From positions 1-39,518 of the IMG/VR virus record IMGVR_UViG_3300032212_000060: DNA of 39,518 nucleotides. One strand, 5' to 3'. The DNA comes from a virus (taxonomy: Duplodnaviria; Caudoviricetes). The notes below the pieces were generated by a model. The model was not told where the DNA came from, did not search any database, and saw only the letters and a list, made by a program, of their open reading frames with translations. This document shows, piece after piece, positions 18,263 to 28,836 of the stretch. The first letter of the stretch is position 1. The number at the start of each line of letters is the position of its first letter. A program made the translations under genes and the position numbers.

Positions 18263-21200
18263 TGTTGCCCAACGAACAAAACTCTTTTGATCAAGCAATT
18301 GCACAGGAAGAAGTTGATATAGCTTCTGGTGTAGTTGACTTGACGGTAGAAGATACGCCGTCTTCAGCAGGGCTAGATGAGATGCCTTTGCTAGGTGCAG
18401 CTTCTAACCCAGAGCTAGACAGGCACAAGGCTTTAAAGGCTGCTTTTCTTCAGAACTATATTGATGGAACACCAGTTACTCAAGGCTACAAGAATAACAT
18501 TGGTGAGCTAGACAAGGATGGTAGGCTCGGTCAACTAACTGCTGAGAAGGCAGAAGAGGACAGCGCTTCAATCATAGGTGCACTAGAAGAGTTATACACA
18601 GCTGACCCTGATGTTGACTTCGAGAGTGCCCAAGCAGCAGCAGAGATGAAGGCAGTTGTTGATACACAAGCACAAGAGCTAGACTCAACAGCTGCTTACG
18701 TAGATGCAATCGCTGGCCCTGACGCTACCCCTGATCAAAGAGCAGCAGCTACTAACCAACTTAAGCTTTACGAAATGTTTGCTGAAGCAATGGGAGAGTT
18801 TAGTACGGGTGACAAGGTGATGGACTTTGGCGCAGAGATGATTCCTTTTGTTTCTACGCTTAGAGAGTTCTCGCTCACTGGTGACATCTTCGGTAACGAA
18901 GAGAACATGAGGAGCGCGATAGTCAAGTTTAAATCGTTACCTATGGAACAGCAACAAGAGATGTTCCCTTATATACAGGAGCATGTGCTTGATAAGCTTG
19001 GCCCTATCAGAGGGTTCCCTACTCTAGAGAAGTTTATCAATCCAGTAGGTGACGACGATCTATCAGACTTCTCTAACTGGTGGAAACTAATTGATGCAGT
19101 AGACCTAACATCAGCAGGTGCAGCATTTGCCCTAGCAGTCAGAAGTTTCAAGAGCACCATCAACTTACCTAAGACTATGAAAGCTGTAGGTAACGAAGAT
19201 GATGCAGGTGAAGCGGTAGCTACAGCACTAGTAAGTGATGAGTCTGCTGAAGCAATGAACCTGTCTAAAGAGACAGCGTTCGGAGATGCAGTAGCATTTG
19301 ATATATCTCTGTTAGATCCAGCTTACACAGCTGGTATCAGCTCTAAGGCTCAAGAGTCTCTACGTACCTTCTTCGGTAACACAGACAAGACTATCGACGA
19401 CATCATGGCAGGTAACTCCTTCATGAAAGAGGGGATACTTAACAGTGTTGAGCGGGGACTACAAGAACAAGCAGCGTATAAGAAGTTCAAGGCTGCTGAG
19501 CATGAGAACATCACTGTTGTTAACAGAGCAGAGAACACCACAACCTTTAGCTACCAAGCAAGGGATGAAAATGGTGAGCTATACAATGAGACCTACGATC
19601 TAGACCTTACGCTTGACAACGTAGGACAGTGGAAACAGTCAGAGATTGCTACACTATCTGCTTTCTTGTCTAGCCCTACAGTATTTGCTAAAGGGTTGAC
19701 GAAGCTAGATGTAAAAACAGCAACACGACTGGACTCAACACAAGCCAAGCTGTTCAGGGAATTAACAGACTTACAAACAGAGGCTGTTAAGGATCTTGGA
19801 AGTTTACTAAGACCTAAGAACCGTAAGAAGCTAGCTGAAGTAGAGCATGTACTACGTGAAGGGGATGAGTTCCCTAATGCTGATGGTACTCGTGGCACAG
19901 TGTTCGATGTTGACACATTGAAAGGTGCATACCACCTTGATGATGCTCAGATCTCTACTTATTACAAGACTAACAGGTTGTATAACAACTTGTGGAGACT
20001 TCGTAACAATACTAAACGTCAAGAGATGATCGCACGTAAGTATAAGCAGGTAAGATTCAACGAGCAGAGCTACAGCTTTGGCAAACGTAATGAAACTGCT
20101 AACGATGCTTACAATTCCCTTACATCTGGCAACATTGCTAAGGCTTGGGATGCAGTTGATGGTGAAGTAACCACTTCCCTTAGCCGTGATGCTCTAGATG
20201 AGCAGTACGCAATGGGTAAAGTGATGGTTAAGTTACCTGAAGCTTACTCTCCTGATGGAACAAGTGGTAAATTCTCCCATGTACTAGTAAATGCAGAGGA
20301 TATACACGAACTTCCTTCAGTTGTACTCAACCGTAAGCGTGGTTATGTGCCACGAGTGTCAGAGAATGGACACTGGTTCGTTAAAGAGTTTGCTGATGAT
20401 GTAGTTGATGGTAAAGAAACCACTACAGTAGCTAGAACTCTTCGTTATTTCGACAATAAGAAAGATGCTGAGACATTCCGTGAACAACAAATCGTTAAAG
20501 ACATGGAAGATAACGGCACTACTCGACTTCAAGCTGAAGGAAAGTTCAAAAGCTTAGAAGATCGGGAAGAAGAGATCACGAATAGTGCAGCAGGTTCTTT
20601 CTCACATGGATCAGGTGGCTTATATACAGCTGCTCGTGCTCAAGATGAGATACTATTTGGACTAGAAGGCGAGAGAAGTCAACGTGTTTCTCCCTACCAA
20701 GCGCTTGTTCGGAACATTGCCAACGTATCAAGGCAAGTTCCTATCAATCAGTGGAGGCTAGGACTTGAACAACGTTGGATCAACACAGCTAAGGCACTAA
20801 CAGGTAAAGACATTGATAAGTTTGGTACATTGCCAGACAGCATAGAGTCTACTAGATCTGGTGAGTTCCTTAACAAGATGGCTAGACAGATCCGAGACTG
20901 GCAAGGCTTCCCTTCTAAGGAAGAACAGGTGTACCAAGGTGCTACTCAGCGTTTATATGAGTGGGCATTAGGTAAGAACTCTGAGTCAGGGGCTAGGATA
21001 GCAGGTTGGATGAGAGATAAAGATCCAATTGCTGCATCTAGAGCAGCTGCATTCCACTCCTTACTTGGTTGGTTTAACCCTGCACAATTATGGGTACAAG
21101 CACAGGGTATGTCAATAGCTGTGTCAATGAACTTAGGTAAGAACCTAACCGAAACACTGCGACATACTACTGGATTGGCAGTACTAGGGCTAGGCAGAGA

Positions 21201-22620
21201 ACTTCCTAAGGGATCATACAAGAATGCAGCTAAGGTTGCAGGTATGGATGCCAAGGAGTTTGAGGAACTGCACAAACTGTGGATACGTACAGGGTTTGAG
21301 GACTCTATCTTGCAAACAGCTGACCATGCTGCTGCAATACGTGGACATGGTATAGCAATGGATGCAGTATCTAAGGCAGCTGACAAAGGTCTACTGTTCT
21401 ATCGACATGGTGAGCTACTCAACAGACGTATGTCCTTTACTTCAGCTCTTGATGATCTTAAAGCAGGTAGACTAGAAGGCTTTGAGAACTTCAAGAAAGG
21501 ATCTAAGGTAAACGATGCTGAGCTTAAGGCTGTTATGGACAGAGCTAACGTTCTGATGCTTAACATGACTAAGGCTAACAGAGCACAGTGGCAGAAAGGT
21601 CTTGCTTCTATACCAACACAGTTCTTCCAAGTATCTGCTAAGGCACTTGAGACTGTTGGTGGGTTCAACGACTCACTCACTGGTGCAGAGAGGATGAGAA
21701 TCCTAGCAGGTCAGGTTGCTCTGTACGGTACAGCAGGTGTACCTCTTGTTAACTTTGCAAGTAACTACCTAATGGAAGTTGCTGATGTTACACAACAAGA
21801 CATAGACAACAACCCTGTACTTGTTAAGACTTGGAACGATGGTTTCTGGGGTTTCACAACTCTAGGGATATTCGGAGTAGATGCAGAGGTATCATCACGA
21901 GGATCATTGATACGTGGTGTTACAGACTTTGTAGATAACTGGATGTTCTCAGAGGATACAGTAGCAATCAAGTTGATGGGTGCATTTGGTGCAACAGGTC
22001 AACGCTTCTGGGATAGCTTTATACATCAGATCAAACCTTTGATGTATCAAGCAACTCCAATAGATGCTATTGATGTACTGAAGATACCGACCATGCCGTT
22101 CCTAGAGACTGTATCTACTTGGAGAAATGGTGAGAAGGCTGTGTTCATGCAGGTTATGGACAGAATCCTTACTAACAGTGGCGACACCCTGATAGGCAGA
22201 GAGTTTGACGTAAGAGAATCAATCATGAAAGCGATTGGTTTCCAGTTATCAGATGAGGCTAAGATATACAAGCTGAATGAAATGACTGAGAATGCTAAGG
22301 CAGTACGTCAGAAGATTGCAGACATGTTGATACACCGTATGAACGATGCAGTATTCAAATCTCGTACAGGTCAGTGGTCTGACGCTAAGCAAGCACAGCA
22401 TGAACAGCAAATGGCTACTATGTTTGCAGGTTTAGATCCTGATGAGAAGGTAGCAGTTCAAGAAGCTGTCCAACGTAGGCTAATGTCTGATACTAAAGAA
22501 GCTAAGTCACTACGTAGATACATACAAACGATAGGTACTGACATGACTGAAGGGATCACTAAACTATCCGCAGTTCTAGGTACAAATGTTCAAACTATTA
22601 ATGAACCAGAGGAAGATTAA
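18262..22620 (+). CDS. Large internal virion protein
   Basis: 1452 aa helical protein in the ejection-protein block; TAATG coupling at both ends. Confidence 0.75.
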   Translation: MLPNEQNSFDQAIAQEEVDIASGVVDLTVEDTPSSAGLDEMPLLGAASNPELDRHKALKAAFLQNYIDGTPVTQGYKNNIGELDKDGRLGQLTAEKAEEDSASIIGALEELYTADPDVDFESAQAAAEMKAVVDTQAQELDSTAAYVDAIAGPDATPDQRAAATNQLKLYEMFAEAMGEFSTGDKVMDFGAEMIPFVSTLREFSLTGDIFGNEENMRSAIVKFKSLPMEQQQEMFPYIQEHVLDKLGPIRGFPTLEKFINPVGDDDLSDFSNWWKLIDAVDLTSAGAAFALAVRSFKSTINLPKTMKAVGNEDDAGEAVATALVSDESAEAMNLSKETAFGDAVAFDISLLDPAYTAGISSKAQESLRTFFGNTDKTIDDIMAGNSFMKEGILNSVERGLQEQAAYKKFKAAEHENITVVNRAENTTTFSYQARDENGELYNETYDLDLTLDNVGQWKQSEIATLSAFLSSPTVFAKGLTKLDVKTATRLDSTQAKLFRELTDLQTEAVKDLGSLLRPKNRKKLAEVEHVLREGDEFPNADGTRGTVFDVDTLKGAYHLDDAQISTYYKTNRLYNNLWRLRNNTKRQEMIARKYKQVRFNEQSYSFGKRNETANDAYNSLTSGNIAKAWDAVDGEVTTSLSRDALDEQYAMGKVMVKLPEAYSPDGTSGKFSHVLVNAEDIHELPSVVLNRKRGYVPRVSENGHWFVKEFADDVVDGKETTTVARTLRYFDNKKDAETFREQQIVKDMEDNGTTRLQAEGKFKSLEDREEEITNSAAGSFSHGSGGLYTAARAQDEILFGLEGERSQRVSPYQALVRNIANVSRQVPINQWRLGLEQRWINTAKALTGKDIDKFGTLPDSIESTRSGEFLNKMARQIRDWQGFPSKEEQVYQGATQRLYEWALGKNSESGARIAGWMRDKDPIAASRAAAFHSLLGWFNPAQLWVQAQGMSIAVSMNLGKNLTETLRHTTGLAVLGLGRELPKGSYKNAAKVAGMDAKEFEELHKLWIRTGFEDSILQTADHAAAIRGHGIAMDAVSKAADKGLLFYRHGELLNRRMSFTSALDDLKAGRLEGFENFKKGSKVNDAELKAVMDRANVLMLNMTKANRAQWQKGLASIPTQFFQVSAKALETVGGFNDSLTGAERMRILAGQVALYGTAGVPLVNFASNYLMEVADVTQQDIDNNPVLVKTWNDGFWGFTTLGIFGVDAEVSSRGSLIRGVTDFVDNWMFSEDTVAIKLMGAFGATGQRFWDSFIHQIKPLMYQATPIDAIDVLKIPTMPFLETVSTWRNGEKAVFMQVMDRILTNSGDTLIGREFDVRESIMKAIGFQLSDEAKIYKLNEMTENAKAVRQKIADMLIHRMNDAVFKSRTGQWSDAKQAQHEQQMATMFAGLDPDEKVAVQEAVQRRLMSDTKEAKSLRRYIQTIGTDMTEGITKLSAVLGTNVQTINEPEED

Positions 22621-24545
22621 TGAGTACTTTTGCTCCAATACAAGAAACCCAAGGGGAGAGAGCAGTAGGGATTGGCAATCAACAGATTGTCACTCCTGAT
22701 AATAGCTACATAAATACTGCTGTACAGGGTGTTGGCACTGCTCTCGAAACTCTGGACAAGTACGGTGATGCCTATGCAAAAGAAGAGGTGAGCCGATTAA
22801 CAACTGAAGGTCAACAGTCTTTAGATAGAGACCAGAAGGCTATGGAAGAGGCTGCTGCTAAAAGAGCCTTGATACAGAGCGATCCTAACCTGACAGAGGT
22901 ACAGAAGAAGGCAGCAATGCTTGAGTCTGGTGTCAATCAAGGTAAGATCTCTCGTGAGAGTGCTCGACTTAGAGTTGCAGACATCGTAACCAAGGGGATT
23001 CAAGAGTCTCCTTTGTTTGCTGACAAGATGAGATCAGCAGCTACTAACTTACTAGGGTTTAACCCAGAGTCAGCAGCTGTACAGTCTTACTTCGGTGCGT
23101 TTGAAACTAATGCACAGATACAGGCAGCTAACAACAAGCCTCTTACCAAGAGACAACAAGCTATACAAGACTACAAGATTGCAACTGGTGGTACTACAGC
23201 AGAGGCCATTGAGTTCATTGCTAAGACTGAGACTACTCAGAGACAAAGAGACTACAACGATGCAAGGCTTGAGAATGACAGCATGGTTGAGAGAGAGTGG
23301 GCAGATAAGGAAGCTGTTTCTCTAGCAGAAGAGGGCGCAGTTAATATGTTCTCTACGCTAGGTCAAATGGCGGCTCAAGGTGAAGAAGTTAACCAGACTA
23401 CTTGGGAGAACTCAATACTAAGGGCAGAAGAAGCTGAGCTTCAGACACTAAGGACTCGTGCAGTAGCGGCAGGTAAACCTCTTTCAGCTGATGGTATAGC
23501 TAGAGCTAGGCAAGTAATCAAGGACAGCTACCAATCAGTTAGAGATTTCTCTGCTATTGCTGACACAGACTTCTTACGAGGTGAAGGTCTTAAGCGCTTG
23601 ACTAACTTGCATAAGGTATACGCTGCTGATGCGTTACCTATGTTCACTTTCCTTCATAACTCTTACGGTGACAGAACAGCAGGCCGTTACATTGACTTGA
23701 TTAACAAGGCCAATGGAGATCCTCAACAGCTTAGGAACTTACTAAGTGTATCCCCTGCACTACAGCCAATCGCTGATGTACTCGAAGGAGAGAACGGGAT
23801 AGCTAGGTTTAGTGATGTAATGAGCACAACGATACGTGCTATGCAGAACCCGACAACTAAGCTAAACCCTGAGCAGATGGCAGCCGCGCAGCTTATTGCA
23901 CAGCAGACTGGTATCCAAGAGACAGACAGCGATAAGGCTAAGGAAGCAGTAACAGACTTGTTTGAGAACAACAACAACACGGAAGCTGCTACATCTGTAA
24001 TACTTGGTGCTTCACAGGAGTTAGCAACCGAGAAACAGAAGAAGTTAGCTAAGTCTCAGTGGGATCTTGTAGCAGGGACTGTACCTGCAAGGATCATAGA
24101 TGCTATCGAGTCTCACAACACTAACAGCTTAACCCAACGTGGTGCTCGTGTAGTAGCAGGAGACAAAGGACTTAAGCTTGTGTTCACTGATGGCTCTGGT
24201 AATCAGAAGCAAGCAGTTGGCCACCCTGCATGGGACAGTGTACAAGAGATAAACAAGTACCTACGTTCTACAACAAGGGGTTGGTCAGAGTCTTTAGGTA
24301 TTGCAGACCCTAGATCACAGATGGAAAGCTTTGCTAACCGTATCAACAACACGTTGGATGGTAGCGTAGAAGCTAGAGAAGCTGAGAAGAAAGCATTTGA
24401 AGATGCTAGAGCTGCTAGGCAGGCTCAATCAACTCAGGCTCGTGACCTAGGAACAGCACAACCGCTCCCTACAGCAGATGCACTGAGAGATCAGAAGATG
24501 CAGCGGCTACTTGAGCTGAGATTGAAAGCGCAAGGAGGTAGTTAG
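22620..24545 (+). CDS. Internal virion protein
   Basis: 641 aa, Ala/Gln-rich and helical; position in the operon. Confidence 0.65.
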   Translation: MSTFAPIQETQGERAVGIGNQQIVTPDNSYINTAVQGVGTALETLDKYGDAYAKEEVSRLTTEGQQSLDRDQKAMEEAAAKRALIQSDPNLTEVQKKAAMLESGVNQGKISRESARLRVADIVTKGIQESPLFADKMRSAATNLLGFNPESAAVQSYFGAFETNAQIQAANNKPLTKRQQAIQDYKIATGGTTAEAIEFIAKTETTQRQRDYNDARLENDSMVEREWADKEAVSLAEEGAVNMFSTLGQMAAQGEEVNQTTWENSILRAEEAELQTLRTRAVAAGKPLSADGIARARQVIKDSYQSVRDFSAIADTDFLRGEGLKRLTNLHKVYAADALPMFTFLHNSYGDRTAGRYIDLINKANGDPQQLRNLLSVSPALQPIADVLEGENGIARFSDVMSTTIRAMQNPTTKLNPEQMAAAQLIAQQTGIQETDSDKAKEAVTDLFENNNNTEAATSVILGASQELATEKQKKLAKSQWDLVAGTVPARIIDAIESHNTNSLTQRGARVVAGDKGLKLVFTDGSGNQKQAVGHPAWDSVQEINKYLRSTTRGWSESLGIADPRSQMESFANRINNTLDGSVEAREAEKKAFEDARAARQAQSTQARDLGTAQPLPTADALRDQKMQRLLELRLKAQGGS

Positions 24546-24546
24546 T

Positions 24547-25668
24547 ATGTTGACACCTGAAGAACAGGCAGAACTGACTAACTTGGAGACAGAGTTCGCA
24601 GATGAGTTCTCTGCTCCCCTTTCTATTCAAGAAGAGGCTGAGTTAGCGGAGCTAGAGAAAGAGTTTGGAGCCAATCCTGAGGCTGTGGACACAGTTTCGC
24701 AAGAGGGGGTAGCCCAAGGCGTACCTACAGCAGAAGATCCCCTTGTAGAGGCTCAGACGCTCTCTCCTGAGACTGACGGGGCTAAACTATCTGTCGATTT
24801 ACAGGCTGAAAGGGAGTTTGACGAGGCTATTGCAAGAGAAGAAGCGTACCAGTTAGGCAGGTTTGATGCTGACGGCAAGACCAACAGAGAAAAGGGGCTG
24901 TATATCAGGGATACTTCAAGACTCTCAAACAAACTGATGAAAGAACTAGAGGCATATAACTTAACCTCCGATGCTGAAAGCAAAGAGGCAAGGGAAGGTA
25001 CTGGTATGTTCAGTAGGTTTGTTGAAGACCTAGCTGCAAGGGAAGGTACTGTGGATCACGATAGCCTAGAAGGAGGGAAGTCTACTGGTGCGTTTGGTAT
25101 TAAGCACTCACTAGGTTTGTCTAAGAAAGAAGGCGAAAGTGTGCAGCAGTTTGCTATACGTCTTGCTAAGAAACACTTCAACAAGATAGAGAAAAGCGTT
25201 CCAGACCTAGACAACCTGCCTGAAGCAGTGGTTAGGGGCTTGCTTGATGTATCTTGGAATGCAGGCAAGACCTTTAGCAACCAACACAAGTATGCAAATC
25301 AGTTGGCTAAGCTATCTCCTAACAGTGAGAAGTACAAAACAACTCTAGAGAAGCTGATGAAAGAAACACTGGATGTTGTCAGTGTGACTCAACAAAACGA
25401 TGCAGGGGATCTCTCAAAAGGGGGTAAGTTTATCCTCTTATCGCTAGGCAAGAGAAGGGCAGAGGTTTGGAACCAAACTGAGCTTGATGATATTGCGAAG
25501 GTGAAGGGGGAATACAACGATAAGACTAAGAAGACAACTGTTGAGTACTTAGATGCTGATGGCAACGTAGTGTTCTCTCATAAATTCAATCGTAGACTTG
25601 CTAGGTATATGCAAGAAGGAGACCAGACTGTTCCTAAATACGTAGATAGTCTTGAATACACAATCTAG
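24547..25668 (+). CDS. Protein with a lysozyme-like domain (virion-associated muralytic candidate)
   Basis: LAAREG....D..EGGKST.AFGI and GLLDVSWNAG resemble the T4-lysozyme/GH24 E-D-T region and LD..FN.G helix; acidic N-terminus. Confidence 0.55.
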   Translation: MLTPEEQAELTNLETEFADEFSAPLSIQEEAELAELEKEFGANPEAVDTVSQEGVAQGVPTAEDPLVEAQTLSPETDGAKLSVDLQAEREFDEAIAREEAYQLGRFDADGKTNREKGLYIRDTSRLSNKLMKELEAYNLTSDAESKEAREGTGMFSRFVEDLAAREGTVDHDSLEGGKSTGAFGIKHSLGLSKKEGESVQQFAIRLAKKHFNKIEKSVPDLDNLPEAVVRGLLDVSWNAGKTFSNQHKYANQLAKLSPNSEKYKTTLEKLMKETLDVVSVTQQNDAGDLSKGGKFILLSLGKRRAEVWNQTELDDIAKVKGEYNDKTKKTTVEYLDADGNVVFSHKFNRRLARYMQEGDQTVPKYVDSLEYTI

Positions 25669-25680
25669 TAAGGGAACTTT

Positions 25681-26265
25681 ATGGATGCGTTTAATAAGGG
25701 GATCATAGCACTGATCACATCACTTGGTATAATCGGAGCAGCAGCTTTTGGTTACAAGGGGATAGTGGCACAGACTGAAGTTGAGATCCTTAATAACCTG
25801 TATAAACAAAAGCAGAACCTAGAGGAACAAGTACAAGAGTGCAACCTAGACAGAGTGGAGTTTATGATAAAGCTGTCTAAGAAGTACTCATCCTCCCTTG
25901 TTATCAAGCAGTTGCTAAGACCTCTTGACTACCCAGTGTGGATCAAGAAGGTTGGTTGGGATGATAACGGGCTTGAAGAGTACAGGATGTGGTATATCAA
26001 CCCTTCGTATGAACAGGCGTTGGGCATAACTAATGAGAGGTACTACGGTAAGACAGACTTCGAGGTGGGGAGGTGGACAGAAGATACTGCATCTGAGTTC
26101 TACCGTAACGATAGCCTAGCATTTGCTTACAAAGATCATGTATGTGAACAAGAATCCTTCATGTTAAAAGAAGGGGACTTGACAACCATAACAAATGGTC
26201 AGGTATGTAAGTGGCCATTCAAACTGGATGGTGGTTGGGCTATAGCAGGTATGTTTGTTTACTAA
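25681..26265 (+). CDS. Membrane-anchored PAS-domain protein
   Basis: N-terminal transmembrane helix, coiled coil, then PVWIK...Y...INPSYE..LG.....YGKTDFE...E.TA.EF..ND, matching the PAS_4 consensus. Confidence 0.75.
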   Translation: MDAFNKGIIALITSLGIIGAAAFGYKGIVAQTEVEILNNLYKQKQNLEEQVQECNLDRVEFMIKLSKKYSSSLVIKQLLRPLDYPVWIKKVGWDDNGLEEYRMWYINPSYEQALGITNERYYGKTDFEVGRWTEDTASEFYRNDSLAFAYKDHVCEQESFMLKEGDLTTITNGQVCKWPFKLDGGWAIAGMFVY

Positions 26266-26277
26266 AATTTAGACAAT

Positions 26278-26317
26278 AAAAAAGGGAGAACCCATTACGG
26301 GAACTCCCTTTCTTTTT
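26278..26317. terminator. Bidirectional terminator between the two genome arms
   Basis: A-run, GGGAG-AA-CCC/GGG-AA-CTCCC stem, T-run, between convergent genes. Confidence 0.9.
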
Positions 26318-26326
26318 GCCTGCAAT

Positions 26327-26623
26327 TTATGCAGGATCTTTAGCTTCTGCTTCAGCTGCTGCTTCTTTAAGCTGCTTGTCCATTTCAGAAAGGACTTTAA
26401 GCGTAGAATCAAGAGCTTCGATCAACTCTTTGTGAGTCTCTTTGAACTCATCATCTTCTTTTCCAATAGCTTCAATCACAGCTGTTAAACAGGCTACCTT
26501 ATCTTCGTCGGTCTTCTGTGACTCAGCAATAATAACTAACTCATCAGTGTTGCCTTCTTTCATAGCCTTGATGTAGTTAGCTGCATGTTCTTCAATTGTG
26601 GTTACTTGTGTTTCTTCAGTCAT
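26327..26623 (-). CDS. Acidic helical hypothetical protein
   Basis: 98 aa, Glu/Asp/Lys-rich, last gene of the - arm. Confidence 0.7.
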   Translation of the reverse strand: MTEETQVTTIEEHAANYIKAMKEGNTDELVIIAESQKTDEDKVACLTAVIEAIGKEDDEFKETHKELIEALDSTLKVLSEMDKQLKEAAAEAEAKDPA

Positions 26624-26624
26624 G

Positions 26625-26846
26625 TTAAGTGTTTTCCATATAAAGTTTAGTTACCGCTGTCTCATCAAGAGCATAGAGATCTGCATCCCATAAGTCAAAA
26701 TATTCTAGCGTTTGTATGTCATGTAGTGTGTAGTCGTTAGCTCGGTAGCAGTCAATAGCTTGCTTGATAGCCTCCCATTCAACGTCGAAGAGGATAGACC
26801 TGCCCTTACCATCAGGTTCAGGTAGTTGGTACAGTTCTGGTATCAT
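26625..26846 (-). CDS. Hypothetical protein
   Basis: Probable start ATG 26846 (MIPELYQ) with AGGA upstream; the longer start overlaps the upstream gene heavily. Confidence 0.6.
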   Translation of the reverse strand: MIPELYQLPEPDGKGRSILFDVEWEAIKQAIDCYRANDYTLHDIQTLEYFDLWDADLYALDETAVTKLYMENT

Positions 26847-27117
26847 ACTTATATCTTCCTGATCCTGTGTAAGCGTCTGATATACAGCGTTGCGCCTTGA
26901 TAGCTGTCTCTTTCCTCGCGAACTGGTAGCATAACTTCTCATCTAAACCCTCTAGTGTTACATTGAACTCATATAGCTGAACAGCTAGGGATACGACTGG
27001 TGAGATATGAATGATGTCCTCAAGGTTAAAACAATCATTCATAAACTGGCATCTGCCACCGTCTCCCTTAGTTGCTGTCGGATCAATCTGAAAGAATCTT
27101 TCTATGACTTCACTCAT
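26818..27117 (-). CDS. Hypothetical protein
   Basis: ATGA-coupled to the endonuclease gene, GGAG RBS. Confidence 0.65.
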   Translation of the reverse strand: MSEVIERFFQIDPTATKGDGGRCQFMNDCFNLEDIIHISPVVSLAVQLYEFNVTLEGLDEKLCYQFARKETAIKAQRCISDAYTGSGRYKYDTRTVPTT

Positions 27118-27533
27118 GTGAACTCCTTAGGCAATCCTTTCTTGTAACAGTAGTAGCGGAAGTTATTCTTCTCTGCCCATTCACCATGTGTAAACTTGGT
27201 TCCGTCCTTCCTTCGTTTAGCAAATGGCATAGGCTTACAACTGTCCTCAAAGATGAAGATTAGTTCCTCATCATCCTTAAGAACTTCTCTAACAAACACA
27301 TACTTAGCAGCTTCCCCACTATCCCTGAACCTACCCTTGACTTCTAGTATTAGGTTGGTGTCGCCTACCTTCTTCACAAAGTCTGGTTGGTATGTGTGCT
27401 TAGATACGTAAGGGATCTTGGTAGTGTGATGATCCCATCCCTTAAGTGCTCCCTTATGTAGGTCATACTCTAGTCCAGAGTCGTAACCTTTAGGAGTTCG
27501 TGCTCTCTTCTTGAATGCCTTTCTTTTCTTCAT
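27114..27533 (-). CDS. Endonuclease I-like Holliday junction resolvase (T7 gp3-like)
   Basis: YDSGLE, YQPDF, ILEVKGRF and WAEKNNF PD-(D/E)xK motifs; start probably MKKRK at 27533. Confidence 0.85.
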   Translation of the reverse strand: MKKRKAFKKRARTPKGYDSGLEYDLHKGALKGWDHHTTKIPYVSKHTYQPDFVKKVGDTNLILEVKGRFRDSGEAAKYVFVREVLKDDEELIFIFEDSCKPMPFAKRRKDGTKFTHGEWAEKNNFRYYCYKKGLPKEFT

Positions 27534-27738
27534 AGGTGAGTTCAAGTAAGAGCTGACAGAAGTGTATAATCTTTTTAATATCATCAGCTCCGTTCTTTTC
27601 CTTATGTCTAGTAATGTATTTAACTACACATCCCTCGATAAAGCCAAGGTTGTTAGCTGTAATGTATTCAACAGGTTGTATCGCTAGCTTTTTGTAGTGA
27701 TCCCCGTCTATCTGTGTGCTTAGTGCGCTTTCTGTCAT
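27490..27738 (-). CDS. DUF3310 / T7 gp1.7-like nucleotide kinase family protein
   Basis: Q.DGDHY...IQPVEYI.AN.LGF.EG.VVKYITR...KNG..D..K..HF signature. Confidence 0.85.
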   Translation of the reverse strand: MTESALSTQIDGDHYKKLAIQPVEYITANNLGFIEGCVVKYITRHKEKNGADDIKKIIHFCQLLLELTYEEKKGIQEESTNS

Positions 27739-27740
27739 AC

Positions 27741-28643
27741 TTAGTCTTGTCCTTTACTACCCTGCTCTTGAACCAAGGCTTCATCACCATTGATTTCGCT
27801 GTCTTCTTCATCGTCATAACCTACCGAGTAGTAATGCGTATTTCGTATGTACAACTCTGCCTCTCCTGACGGAGGTGCATCGCTATTGCCCCTGCATATC
27901 CACAGAAGTGTTGCGTTCTCTTCTAGGAACTGGTAAGCATAGGCTCCGAACCTATTCTCGTACTCTTTGTACACATGCCTGAACATATCAAGCTCATCAG
28001 TCATATCGTCAAGAGCTTTTACACAGGTCGCTTTCTCTCCGACACGGTAGAGACCAAGGATATTATCGGTAGAGTCGCCAGTAAGCAACTGCTTATAAAA
28101 AAATCTGATGCCATCTTCTTCACTAACAAACCATTTCCTTTCCTTTTGATTACCACATGGCCAGCTATAGTGCCAGCCTGTGATCATTGACAGATCCTTG
28201 TCCCTTGAACAGATGATGGTATCACAGTACTTAGTCACTTTACCAGCAGGGCCGTCATAGCCATCGTCCCAAGCTAACTCATTTGCTTCTTGGAAGTCTG
28301 TGCTTTGCTCAATGCCACACCTATCATCAGCTTCAATACCATACTGAACTTCAGCATCGTAGTTATCTATCAGATGTTGTCGTATATCCTCCCAATGTGG
28401 AGGTTTCTCAGAGGTTCTGTGCCCCTTGTAAGGGAGTATGGTAGCCACAGCATTACGGTAGTTACTCTTGCTATCTGTAAGGTAGTAGACAGCCTCATCA
28501 GCCCCTGCCCCCTCCAGTATCTGCTGTATCCTCTCGTCAACAAACTTCCTAACGATAGGCCAAGCAAGTAAATCGCCTGTATCTAAGTCCTTCATGTTGC
28601 CGAACTCATAACACAGGATGTCAGCATCAACTATTGCTTTCAT
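27741..28643 (-). CDS. 5'-3' exonuclease (T7 gp6-like)
   Basis: IVDADIL.Y, NYR, YKGHR..KP, EADD, SRDKDL and LTGDSTDNI.G motifs. Confidence 0.92.
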   Translation of the reverse strand: MKAIVDADILCYEFGNMKDLDTGDLLAWPIVRKFVDERIQQILEGAGADEAVYYLTDSKSNYRNAVATILPYKGHRTSEKPPHWEDIRQHLIDNYDAEVQYGIEADDRCGIEQSTDFQEANELAWDDGYDGPAGKVTKYCDTIICSRDKDLSMITGWHYSWPCGNQKERKWFVSEEDGIRFFYKQLLTGDSTDNILGLYRVGEKATCVKALDDMTDELDMFRHVYKEYENRFGAYAYQFLEENATLLWICRGNSDAPPSGEAELYIRNTHYYSVGYDDEEDSEINGDEALVQEQGSKGQD

Positions 28644-28836
28644 CTTCCCATCCTTCTAGGTGTATGTTGATCTCTTCTTCAGGGTGTGCCTCAACGAGAG
28701 GTGCCCAGAACGGAAGTCTGGGCTTTTGTGATACTATACAGGTGATGCAAGAGGCAGGGTCTGTGTCTTTAAATCTACAGTTACCACAACTCCTATATGT
28801 AGTTGATTGTTGGTGGGCCATCCCACTCATCCTCAT
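28627..28836 (-). CDS. Small Cys-rich (CxxC...CxxC) protein
   Basis: CGNC..CITC..P.W; several possible starts. Confidence 0.6.
   Translation of the reverse strand: MRMSGMAHQQSTTYRSCGNCRFKDTDPASCITCIVSQKPRLPFWAPLVEAHPEEEINIHLEGWEDESNS

Noticed and set aside
1404-25289. Many 60-150 aa ORFs on the - strand within structural genes
   Set aside because: They are antisense shadows of long genes with biased codons; no RBS or recognisable motifs.
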